From contig CAWDVB010000010.1 in the NCBI GenBank assembly GCA_963805655.1, forward strand, positions 13,832-77,831: DNA of 64,000 nucleotides, in the 5' to 3' direction. This document shows positions 12,965 to 23,054 of the stretch, in pieces (position 1 is the stretch's first letter; every line of letters starts with the position of its first letter). The DNA is from an uncultured Actinomycetota bacterium (GTDB lineage Bacteria; Actinomycetota; Actinomycetes; Propionibacteriales; Nocardioidaceae). The translations under genes were made by a program, and so were the position numbers. The notes beneath the pieces were generated by a model. It was not told the DNA's origin. It searched no databases and worked only from the letters and a program-made list of their open reading frames with translations.

Positions 12965-14212
12965 TCAGCGCGTGCGACCGAACACCAGCGGAGTGGGCGA
13001 GGCTGCGGTGTCCGTCGGCGGCGAGGCCGCGTCCACCGGGTCGAGGGTCCAGGTCGCCGTCGACGGCGTCCACACGCCGAGGTCGCTGCTGCCGTCGCCG
13101 TTCCAGTCACCGACGACCGGCAGGTCGCCGGGCTGGCCGTAGCCGACCTCGGCGACCCAGGCGATGCCGGCCGCGTCGACGTAGCGGAGCGTCCAGGTCG
13201 ACGTGGACGGGTCGTAGACGCCGAAGTCGTCGGTCCCGTCGCCGTTCCAGTCCCCCACCACGGGGATCTCCCCGGGCGAGCCCACCGGGGTCCAGACGAG
13301 CTTCCCCGTGTCGTCGGGGAGCCCGAAGGACGCTCGCTTGGGCCGGTAGACGGCCACCTCGGTCGTGCCGTCGCCGGCGAAGTCGCCGGAGACGACCTGG
13401 TCCTTGTGCCCGCCCACCGTCGTGGTCGTCACGGTGCCGTCGCCGGCCCGGGTGGACAGGGCGCGGCTCACCGCGTCGCGGGCGCCGAGGTCGGTGGTGC
13501 CGTTGCCGTTCCAGTCACCCAGGACTGGTGCGTCGGTGCTCGACCCGAGCTTGACGGTGGTCGTGGTGCCGTTGAGGAGCATCAGGAAGCGGCCATGGCC
13601 CCTCCCCCGGCGGTAGACGCCGATGTCGGGGGTCCCATCGCCGTTCCAGTCCCCGACGACCGGCACGTCGACGCAGTTCCGCGACGAGATGCTGGTGCCG
13701 AACTGGTAGGCGACCCCGTCGAAGTACGGCGGCACGTCGGTGCCGTCGAGCCGCTCCTCGAAGTGCAGGTGCGGGCCGGTCGCGTCTCCGGACGCACCGA
13801 CCCGGCCGAGCAGCGATCCCTGGTCGATGTACTGGCCGCGGGTGACGTAGATCCTGCTCAGGTGCGCGTACAGGGTGGACTCGCCGTTGCCGTGGTCGAT
13901 CACCACGTACCTCCCGTAGGAGGTGCGGCCGAGGTTCTTCGCCACCACGACCGTCCCGGACGCGGCCGCCACCACGGGCATTCCGAAGTCGTTGGACCGC
14001 GTGAAGTCGACGGCGTCCGGCGAGGGTGAGTGGTCCGGGCGGGTGGTCCCGGTCCAGGTCTGACCGCAGCGGAACGGCACCTGGTAGGAGGTGACGGGTG
14101 GGGCGGCGTCCGTGGCGGCCGAAGCCGGAGCGACACCTGTTCCCAGGACGACCGCAAGCGCGAAGCCGGCGACAGCCGGCAGACGCGGTCTGCTTCCCAA
14201 CACACTTCCCAC
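12965..14212 (-). CDS. M23 family metallopeptidase fused to five FG-GAP/VCBS-like repeats
   Basis: Signal peptide. M23 motifs HGNGESTLYAHL and GPHLHFE. Followed by GDWNGDG x3, GDWNGNG and GDFAGDG repeats. Confidence 0.85.
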   Translation of the reverse strand: MGSVLGSRPRLPAVAGFALAVVLGTGVAPASAATDAAPPVTSYQVPFRCGQTWTGTTRPDHSPSPDAVDFTRSNDFGMPVVAAASGTVVVAKNLGRTSYGRYVVIDHGNGESTLYAHLSRIYVTRGQYIDQGSLLGRVGASGDATGPHLHFEERLDGTDVPPYFDGVAYQFGTSISSRNCVDVPVVGDWNGDGTPDIGVYRRGRGHGRFLMLLNGTTTTVKLGSSTDAPVLGDWNGNGTTDLGARDAVSRALSTRAGDGTVTTTTVGGHKDQVVSGDFAGDGTTEVAVYRPKRASFGLPDDTGKLVWTPVGSPGEIPVVGDWNGDGTDDFGVYDPSTSTWTLRYVDAAGIAWVAEVGYGQPGDLPVVGDWNGDGSSDLGVWTPSTATWTLDPVDAASPPTDTAASPTPLVFGRTR

Positions 14213-14298
14213 CCGTCACACGATTCCCAGGACGCTTCACGGTAACCACGGGGCCACCGCTGCGTCCGGGGAATCGGCAGATCCGCCGAAGACTCTCA

Positions 14299-14336
14299 GG
14301 GTGAGGGTGAGGGTCAGGGTGAGGGTCAGGGTGAGG
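14299..14336. repeat. hexanucleotide microsatellite (GGGTGA/GGGTCA, about 6 units)
   Basis: gggtga gggtga gggtca gggtga gggtca gggtga. Lies between the tesB stop and the M23 gene start. Confidence 0.9.
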
Positions 14337-14341
14337 ACGGG

Positions 14342-15229
14342 TCAGAACTCGGCGCCGGGCCGGGGAGCCTGGCCCTTGTCGACCACGCGGATCAGGCCCT
14401 CTTGCATCACCGACGCAGCCAGGACGCCGTCGGTGGTGAACATCCGCCCCTGGGAGAGGCCCCGGGCGCCGCCGGCGCTCGGGGACCGCATGTCGTAGAG
14501 CAGCCACTCGTCGGCCCGGAACCTGCGGTGGAACCAGACCGCGTGGTCGAGGGAGGCCGCTCGCACATCGCGATCGGCCACCGCCTTGCCGTGCGGAGCC
14601 AGCGCGGTGCTGATCAGGTGCAGGTCGCTCGCGTAGGTCAAGACGGCCTTGTGCGCCAGCTCGCTGTCCGGGAGAGGGCCGCTGGCACGCATCCAGAACT
14701 GCGACAGCGACGGGTCGTCGGGGTCCCGGTCGGACTCCGCCGGTCCCCGCACCACCCGGAACTCCAGGGCGGCCCACTCCCGCGCCCAGTACTCGTAGGC
14801 CTCCTTGGTCGACGCCTTGTACTCCGCGAAGAGGTCCGGACAGTCCTCGGGGGCGGGCACCTTGGGCATCGTGTCCTGGTGCTCCAGGCCGGGCTCGGGC
14901 CGCTGGAAGCTGGCGGTCAGCACGAAGATGGGCTTGCCGTGCTGGCGAGCGACCACCCGGCGGACCGAGAAGGAACGACCGTCGCGGACCCTCTCGACGT
15001 CGTAGATGATCGGGACGGTGGTGTCACCCGGGCGCAGGAAGTAGCTGTGCAGCGAGTGCATCGAGACGTCGTCGGGTGCGGTCCGGGTGGCGGCCACCAT
15101 GGCCTGCCCGGCCACCTGGCCGCCGAAGACCCGCTGCATCCGGGTGATCGGCTGGACACCACGGAAGAGGTCGATGTCCAGGGTCTCCAGGTCCAGGAGC
15201 GCGATGAGCTCCTCCGCGGACCGTGGCAC
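14342..15229 (-). CDS. tesB: acyl-CoA thioesterase II
   Basis: 295 aa. LLDLETLDIDLFRG...RVFGGQVAGQA...SLHSYFLRPGD double hot-dog pattern. Confidence 0.9.
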   Translation of the reverse strand: MPRSAEELIALLDLETLDIDLFRGVQPITRMQRVFGGQVAGQAMVAATRTAPDDVSMHSLHSYFLRPGDTTVPIIYDVERVRDGRSFSVRRVVARQHGKPIFVLTASFQRPEPGLEHQDTMPKVPAPEDCPDLFAEYKASTKEAYEYWAREWAALEFRVVRGPAESDRDPDDPSLSQFWMRASGPLPDSELAHKAVLTYASDLHLISTALAPHGKAVADRDVRAASLDHAVWFHRRFRADEWLLYDMRSPSAGGARGLSQGRMFTTDGVLAASVMQEGLIRVVDKGQAPRPGAEF

Positions 15230-15232
15230 GGC

Positions 15233-16156
15233 TCAGTCCTCTCCGTCGAGCCCGGCCAGGAAGCGCTCGAACTCGGCACCGAGCTCGTCTGCCGTCGGCA
15301 GGTTCCGGTCCTCGGCCAGCGGGAGGGTCTGGGACTCGGTGTGGAAGGAGTCGTACTGCTGCTCCAGGCCGCTCACGACCGACCGCACCTCGTCGGAGTC
15401 CTCGATCTGCTCGGCGATCTCCCCGCGGCGCTCCTCGGTGCGAGCCTCCAGCGCGGACAGGTCCCACTGCAGCCCGGTCGCCGTCTCGGCGGACTCCAGC
15501 AGGCGCAGCGACGCCTCCGGGTAGTCGAACTGCGCCACGTAGTGCGGGACGTGGGCCACGAAGCCCATGGCGTCGTGGCCCCACTCGCCGAGGCGGTACT
15601 CCAGGAGCGCCTGGGCGCTGGAGGGGATCCGGATCTCACCGGCCCACGGGTTCTCGTGCAGCAGCAGGTCGGGGTTGGTCGCGTGGTTGGTCACCATGAC
15701 CGGGCGGGTGTGCGGCACTGCCATGGGCACCGCCCCCAGGGCCAGCGTGAACCGGACGTCGAAGTGCTCGACGAGGTGGCGGACGGCGGAGGCGAACAGC
15801 TCCCAGTGGGTGTCCGGCTCCGGCCCGCTCATCAGCAGGTAGGGGGCGCCCAGGTCGTCCTGGCAGACGCGCACCACCAGGCGCGGCGCTGCGTAGTCGG
15901 TGTAGTGGTGCTCCCGGAACGTCATCGCCGGGCGGCGGGCGCGGTAGTCGTAGAAGCCGTCGATGTCGAACGAGGCGACCACCCGTCCCGGGTTGGTCTC
16001 GATCAGCTGGTCGACCGCGATCCGGGTCGCGTTGCCCGCGTCCAGGAACCCCTCGAGCGAGAACAGGAGTACGGGTCGCACCGGCCGGCCGTCGGCGCCG
16101 AGCAGCTCGGGCACGTCGTCGACGATGTGCACGTGTCGTGCGGCGTCTCCCGCCAT
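15233..16156 (-). CDS. PAC2 (proteasome assembly chaperone 2-like) family protein
   Basis: Starts MAGDAARHVHIVDDVPELL. Contains LFSLEGFLDAGNA and GFVAHVPHYVAQ. 307 aa within a longer ORF. Confidence 0.8.
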   Translation of the reverse strand: MAGDAARHVHIVDDVPELLGADGRPVRPVLLFSLEGFLDAGNATRIAVDQLIETNPGRVVASFDIDGFYDYRARRPAMTFREHHYTDYAAPRLVVRVCQDDLGAPYLLMSGPEPDTHWELFASAVRHLVEHFDVRFTLALGAVPMAVPHTRPVMVTNHATNPDLLLHENPWAGEIRIPSSAQALLEYRLGEWGHDAMGFVAHVPHYVAQFDYPEASLRLLESAETATGLQWDLSALEARTEERRGEIAEQIEDSDEVRSVVSGLEQQYDSFHTESQTLPLAEDRNLPTADELGAEFERFLAGLDGED

Positions 16157-16228
16157 CGGCTCCTCCTTGCTCGGTCTCGATCCCATTGTCCCCCGCAGTG
16201 CGTGAGGATTCATGGCTACCGTACTGCC

Positions 16229-16903
16229 ATGCCGGATCTGGCCGACGAGGTGCGCCGTGCGCTGGCCGGTCGCGCCGAGCCCTCGCGGGCCCCTGCCATG
16301 CAGGCCTACATGAAGTCCGCGATGCCGTTCCTCGGCGTCTCGGCACCGACACGGGCCGCCGCCCTGCGACCGGTGCTCGCCGGCCACCGGCTGCCGGACG
16401 AGGCCGCGCTCGAGGACGTCGTGCGCCGGCTGTGGGACCAGGCCACGCACCGCGAGGAGCGCTACGCCGCGATCGCCGTCCTCCGCCATCGCTACTACTC
16501 CCCGATGCTCACGCCGGACCGGCTCGGTCTCCTCCGGCACCTCATCGTCACCGGAGCCTGGTGGGACCTGGTCGACGACGTCGCCGCCCACCTCGTCGGA
16601 CCGGTGCTCCTCGCCCACCACGAGGCGGTGGCTCCCGTCGTGCGGCAATGGGCCGAGGACGACGACCTCTGGCTCCGCCGGACGGCGCTGATCTGCCAGA
16701 TCCTCGCCCGGGAGGGCACCGACCGTCGCCTCCTCGAGCACGCGCTGCTGGCCAACCTCGAGGCCTCCGCGCACGGGTCGGAGTTCTTCATCCGCAAAGC
16801 GGTGGGCTGGGCGCTGCGCAGCTACTCCGAGACCGATCCCGCGTGGGTCACCGCGTTCGTGGACGCCCACGGAGCGCAGATGGCCGGGCTTGTCGCGCCG
16901 TGA
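16229..16903 (+). CDS. DNA alkylation repair protein (AlkD-like HEAT repeat)
   Basis: MPDLADEVRRALAGRAEPSRAPAMQAYMKS...FFIRKAVGWALR. TACCGT lies 6 nt upstream of the ATG, consistent with a leaderless transcript. Confidence 0.8.
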   Translation: MPDLADEVRRALAGRAEPSRAPAMQAYMKSAMPFLGVSAPTRAAALRPVLAGHRLPDEAALEDVVRRLWDQATHREERYAAIAVLRHRYYSPMLTPDRLGLLRHLIVTGAWWDLVDDVAAHLVGPVLLAHHEAVAPVVRQWAEDDDLWLRRTALICQILAREGTDRRLLEHALLANLEASAHGSEFFIRKAVGWALRSYSETDPAWVTAFVDAHGAQMAGLVAP

Positions 16904-16961
16904 GGCGACCCGCAACATCCGCTGATCCCGACCGTGTGGGCCGGGCCACAACACGCCGCCT

Positions 16962-16989
16962 TTGCCACGTAGTTACTCGTGGGTAGCAT
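16962..16989 (+). promoter_or_regulatory. candidate sigma-A-type promoter of fadA-fadB
   Basis: TTGCCA, 16 nt spacer, TAGCAT, about 35 nt before the fadA GTG. GAAGGAG Shine-Dalgarno at 17013-17019. Confidence 0.4.
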
Positions 16990-17024
16990 TGGGTCGACCG
17001 ATCCCCTCTCACGAAGGAGCCCCC

Positions 17025-18233
17025 GTGGCCCGAGAGCTGAGGGACGTCGTCTTCGTCGACGGCGTCCGCACTCCGTTCGGCAAGGCGAAGGGTCAGTACG
17101 CCGAGACCCGCGCCGACGACCTGGTGGTCAAGTGCATCCGCGAGCTGCTGGACCGCCACCCCGGCCTCCCCCCGGAGCAGGTGGGCGACGTCGCCATCGC
17201 CGCCACCACCCAGATCGGCGACCAGGGACTCACCATCGGCCGGACGGCGGCGCTGCTCGCGGGGCTGCCCAGCTCCGTCCCGGGCTACGCCATCGACCGC
17301 ATGTGCGCCGGCGCCATGACCGCGGTCACCACCGCGGCGAGCGGTATCGCCTTCGGTGCGCTGGACGTCGCCATCGCCGGAGGCGTCGAGCACATGGGTC
17401 GGCACCCGATGGGCGAGGCCGTGGACCCCAACCCGCGCATCCTGGCCGAGAAGATCGTCGACCCCGAGGCACTCTCCATGGGGTGCACCGCGGAGAACCT
17501 CCACGACCGGTTCCCCCTGCTGACCAAGGAGCGCGCCGACGCCTACGCCGTCGCCTCCCAGGCCAAGACCGCCCAGGCCTACGCCGACCGGAAGATCCAG
17601 CCCGATCTCGTCCCGGTGGCCATCCGCACGGCGGAGGAGGGCTGGGGGCTCGCCACCGTCGACGAGCCGCCGCGGCCCGGCACGACCATGGCGGACCTCG
17701 CTGTGCTGAAGACCCCGTTCCGCCCGCACGGGCGGGTCACGGCGGGCAACTCCGCAGGCCTGAACGACGGCGCCACGGCCTGCATCCTGGCCGAGGAGCA
17801 GACCGCCCGGGAGCTCGGGCTGCCCGTGAGGATGCGGCTGGTGACGTACTCCTTCGCCGGCGTCGAGCCCGAGGTCATGGGCTACGGGCCCATCCCCGCC
17901 ACCACCACCGCCCTCGAGCGGGCCGGGCTGACCATGGCCGACATCGGCGCGATCGAGATCAACGAGGCCTTCGCCGTCCAGGTGCTGGCATTCCTGGAGC
18001 ACTTCGGGCTCGCCGACGACGACCCGCGCGTCAACCCGTACGGCGGGGCGATCGCGATGGGCCACCCACTCGCGTCGTCCGGGGTCCGGCTGATGATCCA
18101 GCTCGCCCGGCGCTTCGAGGAGCGCCCCGACGTCCGCTACGGGATGACCACCATGTGCATCGGCATCGGCATGGGAGGCACCGTCATCTGGGAGAACCCG
18201 CACTGGAACGGCAGCACCGAGGAGGAGAAGTGA
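17025..18233 (+). CDS. fadA: acetyl-CoA C-acyltransferase (thiolase)
   Basis: VARELRDVVFVDGVRTPFGKAKG...DRMCAGAMT...NEAFA...CIGIGMGG. GTG start preceded by GAAGGAG. Confidence 0.9.
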   Translation: MARELRDVVFVDGVRTPFGKAKGQYAETRADDLVVKCIRELLDRHPGLPPEQVGDVAIAATTQIGDQGLTIGRTAALLAGLPSSVPGYAIDRMCAGAMTAVTTAASGIAFGALDVAIAGGVEHMGRHPMGEAVDPNPRILAEKIVDPEALSMGCTAENLHDRFPLLTKERADAYAVASQAKTAQAYADRKIQPDLVPVAIRTAEEGWGLATVDEPPRPGTTMADLAVLKTPFRPHGRVTAGNSAGLNDGATACILAEEQTARELGLPVRMRLVTYSFAGVEPEVMGYGPIPATTTALERAGLTMADIGAIEINEAFAVQVLAFLEHFGLADDDPRVNPYGGAIAMGHPLASSGVRLMIQLARRFEERPDVRYGMTTMCIGIGMGGTVIWENPHWNGSTEEEK

Positions 18234-20323
18234 GCACCGCTCCCGAGATCCAGGCGATGATCGACCACCTGGTGGCGCTCACGCCCGACGAGGTGGTGAC
18301 CGAGGCCAAGTCCCGTGACGTGGTCCTGCCCGGGGATGCCGGCACGATGGCACTGATCACCCTGGACAACGGAATGGACCACACCCGGCCCAACACCTTC
18401 GGCGCTCAGAGCCTCAACCTGCTGAACCGTGCCATCGACGCGGCGCTCGACCGCGACGACATCGTGGCGATCGGGGTCACCGGCAAGCCGTTCATCCTCG
18501 CAGCCGGTGCCGACCTCAGCACCAACCCGGCGGGCGGCAGCGCAGAGGACGCGCGGCGGTTCGCGCAGATCGGCCACGCGGTCTTCCGCAAGCTGGGCGA
18601 GGGCGGCAAGCCGTCCTTCGCGTTCGTCAACGGGCTCGCGCTCGGGGGCGGGCTCGAGGTCGCCCTCCACTGCACCTACCGCACCGTGCTCGACAGCGCA
18701 GCCGCCATCGCCCTGCCGGAGGTCTTCCTCGGCATCGTCCCCGGCTGGGGCGGCGCCTACCTGGCGCCCAACCTGATCGGTGCCGACCGGGCGGTCACGC
18801 TCGTCATCGACAACCCGCTCAACCAGAACCGGATGCTCACGGGCGCACAGGCCTTCGAGCTCGGGCTGGCCGACGCCATGTACGGCGGGGTGGACTTCCT
18901 CGAGCGCTCCCTGCGCTGGGCGGGCGGCGTGCTGGCCGGCACGATCGTCGTGGAGCGACCGGAGGTCGACCGCGGGGATGCCTGGGACCAGGCCCTGGCC
19001 CGGGGCCGTGCGATCGCCGACGCCAAGACCGGCGGTGCGTCCCCGGCGCCGTACCGGGCACTCGACCTGCTGGCAGCCGCGAGGACCTCCTCACGGGACG
19101 AGGCGTTCGCAGCCGAGGACGAGACGCTGACCGAGCTGATCATGTCCCCTGAGTTCCACGCCGGGCTCTACTCTCTCGACCTGGTGCAGAAGCGAGCCAG
19201 GCGTCCCGCGGGGGCACCCGACAAGTCGCTGGCGCGCCCGGTCACCAAGGTCGGCATCGTCGGTGCCGGTCTGATGGCCAGCCAGATGGCGCTGCTGTTC
19301 GTCCGACGGCTGATGGTCCCGGTGGTCCTCACCGACCTCGACCAGGAGCGCGTGGACAAGGGCGTCGCCTACGTCCACACCGAGCTGGACAAGCTCCTCC
19401 TCAAGGGCCGGCTGTCCGAGGACCGCGCCAACAGGCTGCGCGCCCTCGTCACAGGGACCACCGACAAGGCCGACTTCTCCGACGCCGACTTCGTCATCGA
19501 GGCCGTGTTCGAGGAGATCCAGGTCAAGAAGGCGGTCTTCGCCGAGGTGGAGAAGCACGTCTCCCCCGAGTGCGTGCTCGCCACCAACACCTCATCGCTC
19601 TCGATCACCGAGATGGCCTCCGACCTCGAGCACCCCGGTCGCGTCGTCGGCTTCCACTTCTTCAACCCGGTGGCGATCATGCCGCTGCTGGAGATCGTCA
19701 CGGGACGGGCGACCGACGAGCGCACGCTGGCCACCGCCTTCGCGACCGGCAAGGCGCTCAAGAAGACGACCATCCTCGTCAAGGACAGCCCCTCGTTCAT
19801 CGTGAACCGGCTGCTCGGCCGGTTCCTCGGCGAAGTGGCCCGCATCGTCGACGACGGCACCCCGCTGAGCGTCGCCGACGGCGCCTTCGCGGGCATCGCC
19901 CCGATGCCGCCGTTCATGCTGCTCGGGCTCGTCGGGCCCGCCATCGCCCTGCACAACGCCGAGACCCTGCACGCGGCCTTCCCGGACCGCTTCTACGTCT
20001 CCCCGAACCTGCAGCGCTTCGTGGCAGAGGGCAAGACCAGCGTCTACGCCCCCGACCTCAGCATCGACCCGGACGTCGCAGCCATCTTCACGCCGGCAGA
20101 CGAGCCGGTCGCACTGACGGCTCAGGAGGTCCGCGCCCGTGCGCTCTCGGCCCTCGCCGAGGAGGCACGGCTGATGCTGGACGACGGGGTCGTCGCTGCA
20201 CCGGAGGACCTCGACCTGGCGATGATCACCGGAGCCGGCTTCTCCTTCTGGAACGGCGGCCTGACCATGTTGCTGGACCGTGAGGGCATCTCCGAGAAGG
20301 TGACCGGCAAGACCTTCCACTGA
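18230..20323 (+). CDS. fadB: 3-hydroxyacyl-CoA dehydrogenase / enoyl-CoA hydratase (multifunctional FadB)
   Basis: GTG overlaps the fadA stop (GTGA). N-terminal crotonase fold, then VGIVGAGLMASQ NAD motif. 697 aa. Confidence 0.9.
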   Translation: MSTAPEIQAMIDHLVALTPDEVVTEAKSRDVVLPGDAGTMALITLDNGMDHTRPNTFGAQSLNLLNRAIDAALDRDDIVAIGVTGKPFILAAGADLSTNPAGGSAEDARRFAQIGHAVFRKLGEGGKPSFAFVNGLALGGGLEVALHCTYRTVLDSAAAIALPEVFLGIVPGWGGAYLAPNLIGADRAVTLVIDNPLNQNRMLTGAQAFELGLADAMYGGVDFLERSLRWAGGVLAGTIVVERPEVDRGDAWDQALARGRAIADAKTGGASPAPYRALDLLAAARTSSRDEAFAAEDETLTELIMSPEFHAGLYSLDLVQKRARRPAGAPDKSLARPVTKVGIVGAGLMASQMALLFVRRLMVPVVLTDLDQERVDKGVAYVHTELDKLLLKGRLSEDRANRLRALVTGTTDKADFSDADFVIEAVFEEIQVKKAVFAEVEKHVSPECVLATNTSSLSITEMASDLEHPGRVVGFHFFNPVAIMPLLEIVTGRATDERTLATAFATGKALKKTTILVKDSPSFIVNRLLGRFLGEVARIVDDGTPLSVADGAFAGIAPMPPFMLLGLVGPAIALHNAETLHAAFPDRFYVSPNLQRFVAEGKTSVYAPDLSIDPDVAAIFTPADEPVALTAQEVRARALSALAEEARLMLDDGVVAAPEDLDLAMITGAGFSFWNGGLTMLLDREGISEKVTGKTFH

Positions 20324-20486
20324 CCCCGGGCTTCGGCCACATGCCGAGCTCCGGCGGTTGAGGAGACCGCCGAGAGGTCGTCTCCAAGACCACCATCGGG
20401 ACCACGGACATGCCGATGACGGGGCGGGCAATGCCGTGGCGTTCTTGCAGGGGCGTCTGACTCTCGTACTGCGTAGACTCCCAAGC

Positions 20487-20927
20487 GTGACCGACGGGGG
20501 CGCTGCACGGCGAGCTCTTGGCCCGGTGGCCGCGGTGCTCTGCGCCTGCATAGCCGTGGGCGGGTGCACCCCGGTCACCTCCACGGCTGGCAACCCCGAG
20601 ATCCTGACGTCTCCCACGGGCCTGCCGACATCACCCAGCGCCGTCACTTCCTCGCCCGATGGTGGGACCGTAGCGGGAGTGCTGGAGTACGTCGGCGGCC
20701 CCGCGACAGCGAATCAGCCCCTGAAGCGTGGCTGGGTCGAGTTCGACGGACCCACCTCGACAAGGATCAGGGTCGATCGTCAAGGGCGATTCCACGTGGC
20801 TCTCCCCGCAGGCGTCTACCGCGTGACCGGAGGGCCCCAGGGCGCTCACTACTGCGTCCTGAAGAAGCACGTCGTCGTGGACCTGGGTCAGTCGCAGGAG
20901 ATCGCCCTGCAATGCCACGTCTACTGA
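20487..20927 (+). CDS. lipoprotein with carboxypeptidase-regulatory-like domain
   Basis: GTG start with TAGACT 7 nt upstream. Lipobox AVGGC. GRFHVALPAGVYRVTG motif. Confidence 0.5.
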   Translation: MTDGGAARRALGPVAAVLCACIAVGGCTPVTSTAGNPEILTSPTGLPTSPSAVTSSPDGGTVAGVLEYVGGPATANQPLKRGWVEFDGPTSTRIRVDRQGRFHVALPAGVYRVTGGPQGAHYCVLKKHVVVDLGQSQEIALQCHVY

Positions 20928-21039
20928 CACGCGAGAACCCGAATTGGCGACCACCTCGGTCATCCGGTCTGTGGGCACATGCCGGCGCTCACGCCGCACC
21001 GGCCGAGCGGCAGGTGGATCGCGCCAGACCATCGGAATC

Positions 21040-21063
21040 GGTGATCCCGAACGCCGGATCACC
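21040..21063. terminator. hairpin in the convergent intergenic region (lipoprotein/dxs)
   Basis: GGTGATCC-cgaacgcc-GGATCACC. Enclosed by a longer-range 10-nt complement (20931-20940 pairs with 21065-21074). Confidence 0.35.
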
Positions 21064-21143
21064 GGGGTTCTCGCCGACGTCGCGCGCCCGTAGGTCCCGA
21101 TGAATTCGAGAGTGCGGCCGCCCCGGCTCGGTCTCGGTGGGAG

Positions 21144-23042
21144 CTACTCGATGACGCGCAGGGCGGGCAGGTCCACGTCGAGCGAGGTGACGTCCTCGAC
21201 GATGCCGCGGGCGATGTCCTGGGCGTCGAGCCCCAGCTCGTCCAGGAGGGCGGCGCGCTTGGCGTGGTGCAGGAAGCGCTGCGGGATGCCGTGCAGGCGG
21301 ACCGGGGTCGAGACCCCGGCGTCGTTCAGCGTCTGCAGCAGGACCGATCCGACTCCGCCGACGATGCCGTTGTCCTCGAGGCACACGACGAGCCGGTGAC
21401 CGCGGGCCAGCCCGACCAGCACCGGGTCGACCGGCTTGACCCAGCGCGGGTCGACCACGGTCACGCCGATCCCCTGGTCCTCGAGACGGCCCGCGACGTC
21501 CACGGCGAGGCCCGCCATGGATCCGACGCCGACGATCAGGACGTCCTTGTCGCCGCGACGAACCAGGACGTCGCAGCCACCTGCCCTGTCGATCGTCGGG
21601 ATGTCGGCGTTCGGCGGGCCCTTCGGGAAGCGCACCACAGTGGGCGCGTCGTCGACCGCCACGGCCTCCCGGAGCAGCTCCCGAAGCCGGGTCGCGTCGC
21701 GGGGCGCCGCCAGGCGCAGGCCCGGCACGACCTGCAGGATCGACATGTCCCACATGCCGTTGTGGCTGGGGCCGTCGTCGCCGGTGACGCCGGCCCGGTC
21801 GAGGACGAAGGTGACGCCGGCCCGGTGCAGCGCCACGTCCATCAGCACCTGGTCGAACGCGCGGTTGAGGAACGTCGCGTAGATGGCCACGACCGGGTGC
21901 ATACCGCCCAGGGCGAGGCCCGCGGCCGAGGTCACCGCGTGCTGCTCGGCGATCCCGACGTCGAACACCCTGTCGGGGAACTTGGCGGCGAACCGGTCCA
22001 GGCCCACCGGGTGCAGCATCGCGGCGGTGATGCCGACGACGTCCTCGCGCCCGGCGCCGATCTCCAGGATCTCGTCGGCGAAGATGTCGGTCCAGGTCGT
22101 GCCCCTGGGCTTCTCCAGCCCGGTCTCCACGTCGAACGGCCCGGGACTGTGGAACCGGTCCGCCTCGTGGTGCTCGGCGGCGTCGTAACCGTGGCCCTTC
22201 TGGGTGAGGACGTGGACGATCACCGGCCCGCCGAACCGCTTGGCCGCCGCCAGGGCGCTCTCGGTGGCGGCCCGGTTGTGTCCGTCGATCGGCCCGACGT
22301 ACTTCAGGCCCAGGTCCTCGAACAGGCCCTGCGGCGCCAGGGCGTCCTTGACACCCTTCTTCATCGCGTGCAGCGCGTCGTAGACGACAGGGCCGACCTT
22401 CGGGACCCCCTGGACCCGGCGCTTGACCGTGTCGAGCATCGGCTCGTAGCGCGGGTTGGTCCGCAGTGACGTCAGGTGGTTTGCCAGCCCGCCGACCGTC
22501 GGGGTGTAGGAGCGGCCGTTGTCGTTGACCACGATCACCAGGTTGCGGGAGTCGTCGGCGGCGATGTTGTTCAGCGCCTCCCAGGCCATCCCGCCGGTCA
22601 GGGCTCCGTCGCCGATGATGGCGACCACGTGCCGGTCCTCACCCCGCACGGCGTACGCCTTGGCCAGCCCGTCCGCCCAGCTCAGCGCCGTGGACGCGTG
22701 GGAGTTCTCCACGATGTCGTGCTCGGACTCCTCGCGGCTCGGGTAGCCGGACAGGCCGCCCTCCTGCTTGAGCCTGTCGAATCCGGCGACCCGGCCGGTC
22801 AGCATCTTGTGGACGTACGCCTGGTGCCCGGTGTCGAAGACGATGCGGTCGTGCGGGGACTCGAAGACCCGGTGCAGGGCGATGGTGAGCTCGACGACGC
22901 CCAGATTGGGTCCGAGGTGCCCCCCGGTCCGCGAGACCTTGGAGACGAGAAACGCGCGGATCTCCCCGGCGAGAGCCTCGAGCTCGGCGGCGTCGAGTCG
23001 CTGGAGATCGCGCGGACCCGAGATGGAGTCGAGGATTCCCAT
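21144..23042 (-). CDS. dxs: 1-deoxy-D-xylulose-5-phosphate synthase
   Basis: 632 aa. [16 protein letters not shown]...[14 protein letters not shown]...[15 protein letters not shown]. Confidence 0.95.
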   Translation of the reverse strand: MGILDSISGPRDLQRLDAAELEALAGEIRAFLVSKVSRTGGHLGPNLGVVELTIALHRVFESPHDRIVFDTGHQAYVHKMLTGRVAGFDRLKQEGGLSGYPSREESEHDIVENSHASTALSWADGLAKAYAVRGEDRHVVAIIGDGALTGGMAWEALNNIAADDSRNLVIVVNDNGRSYTPTVGGLANHLTSLRTNPRYEPMLDTVKRRVQGVPKVGPVVYDALHAMKKGVKDALAPQGLFEDLGLKYVGPIDGHNRAATESALAAAKRFGGPVIVHVLTQKGHGYDAAEHHEADRFHSPGPFDVETGLEKPRGTTWTDIFADEILEIGAGREDVVGITAAMLHPVGLDRFAAKFPDRVFDVGIAEQHAVTSAAGLALGGMHPVVAIYATFLNRAFDQVLMDVALHRAGVTFVLDRAGVTGDDGPSHNGMWDMSILQVVPGLRLAAPRDATRLRELLREAVAVDDAPTVVRFPKGPPNADIPTIDRAGGCDVLVRRGDKDVLIVGVGSMAGLAVDVAGRLEDQGIGVTVVDPRWVKPVDPVLVGLARGHRLVVCLEDNGIVGGVGSVLLQTLNDAGVSTPVRLHGIPQRFLHHAKRAALLDELGLDAQDIARGIVEDVTSLDVDLPALRVIE

Positions 23043-23054
23043 GACCGCCCCAGT

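Noticed and set aside
14299-14336. Possible CRISPR-like repeats.
   Set aside because: The units are 6 nt and directly tandem with no spacers. This is a microsatellite, not a CRISPR array.
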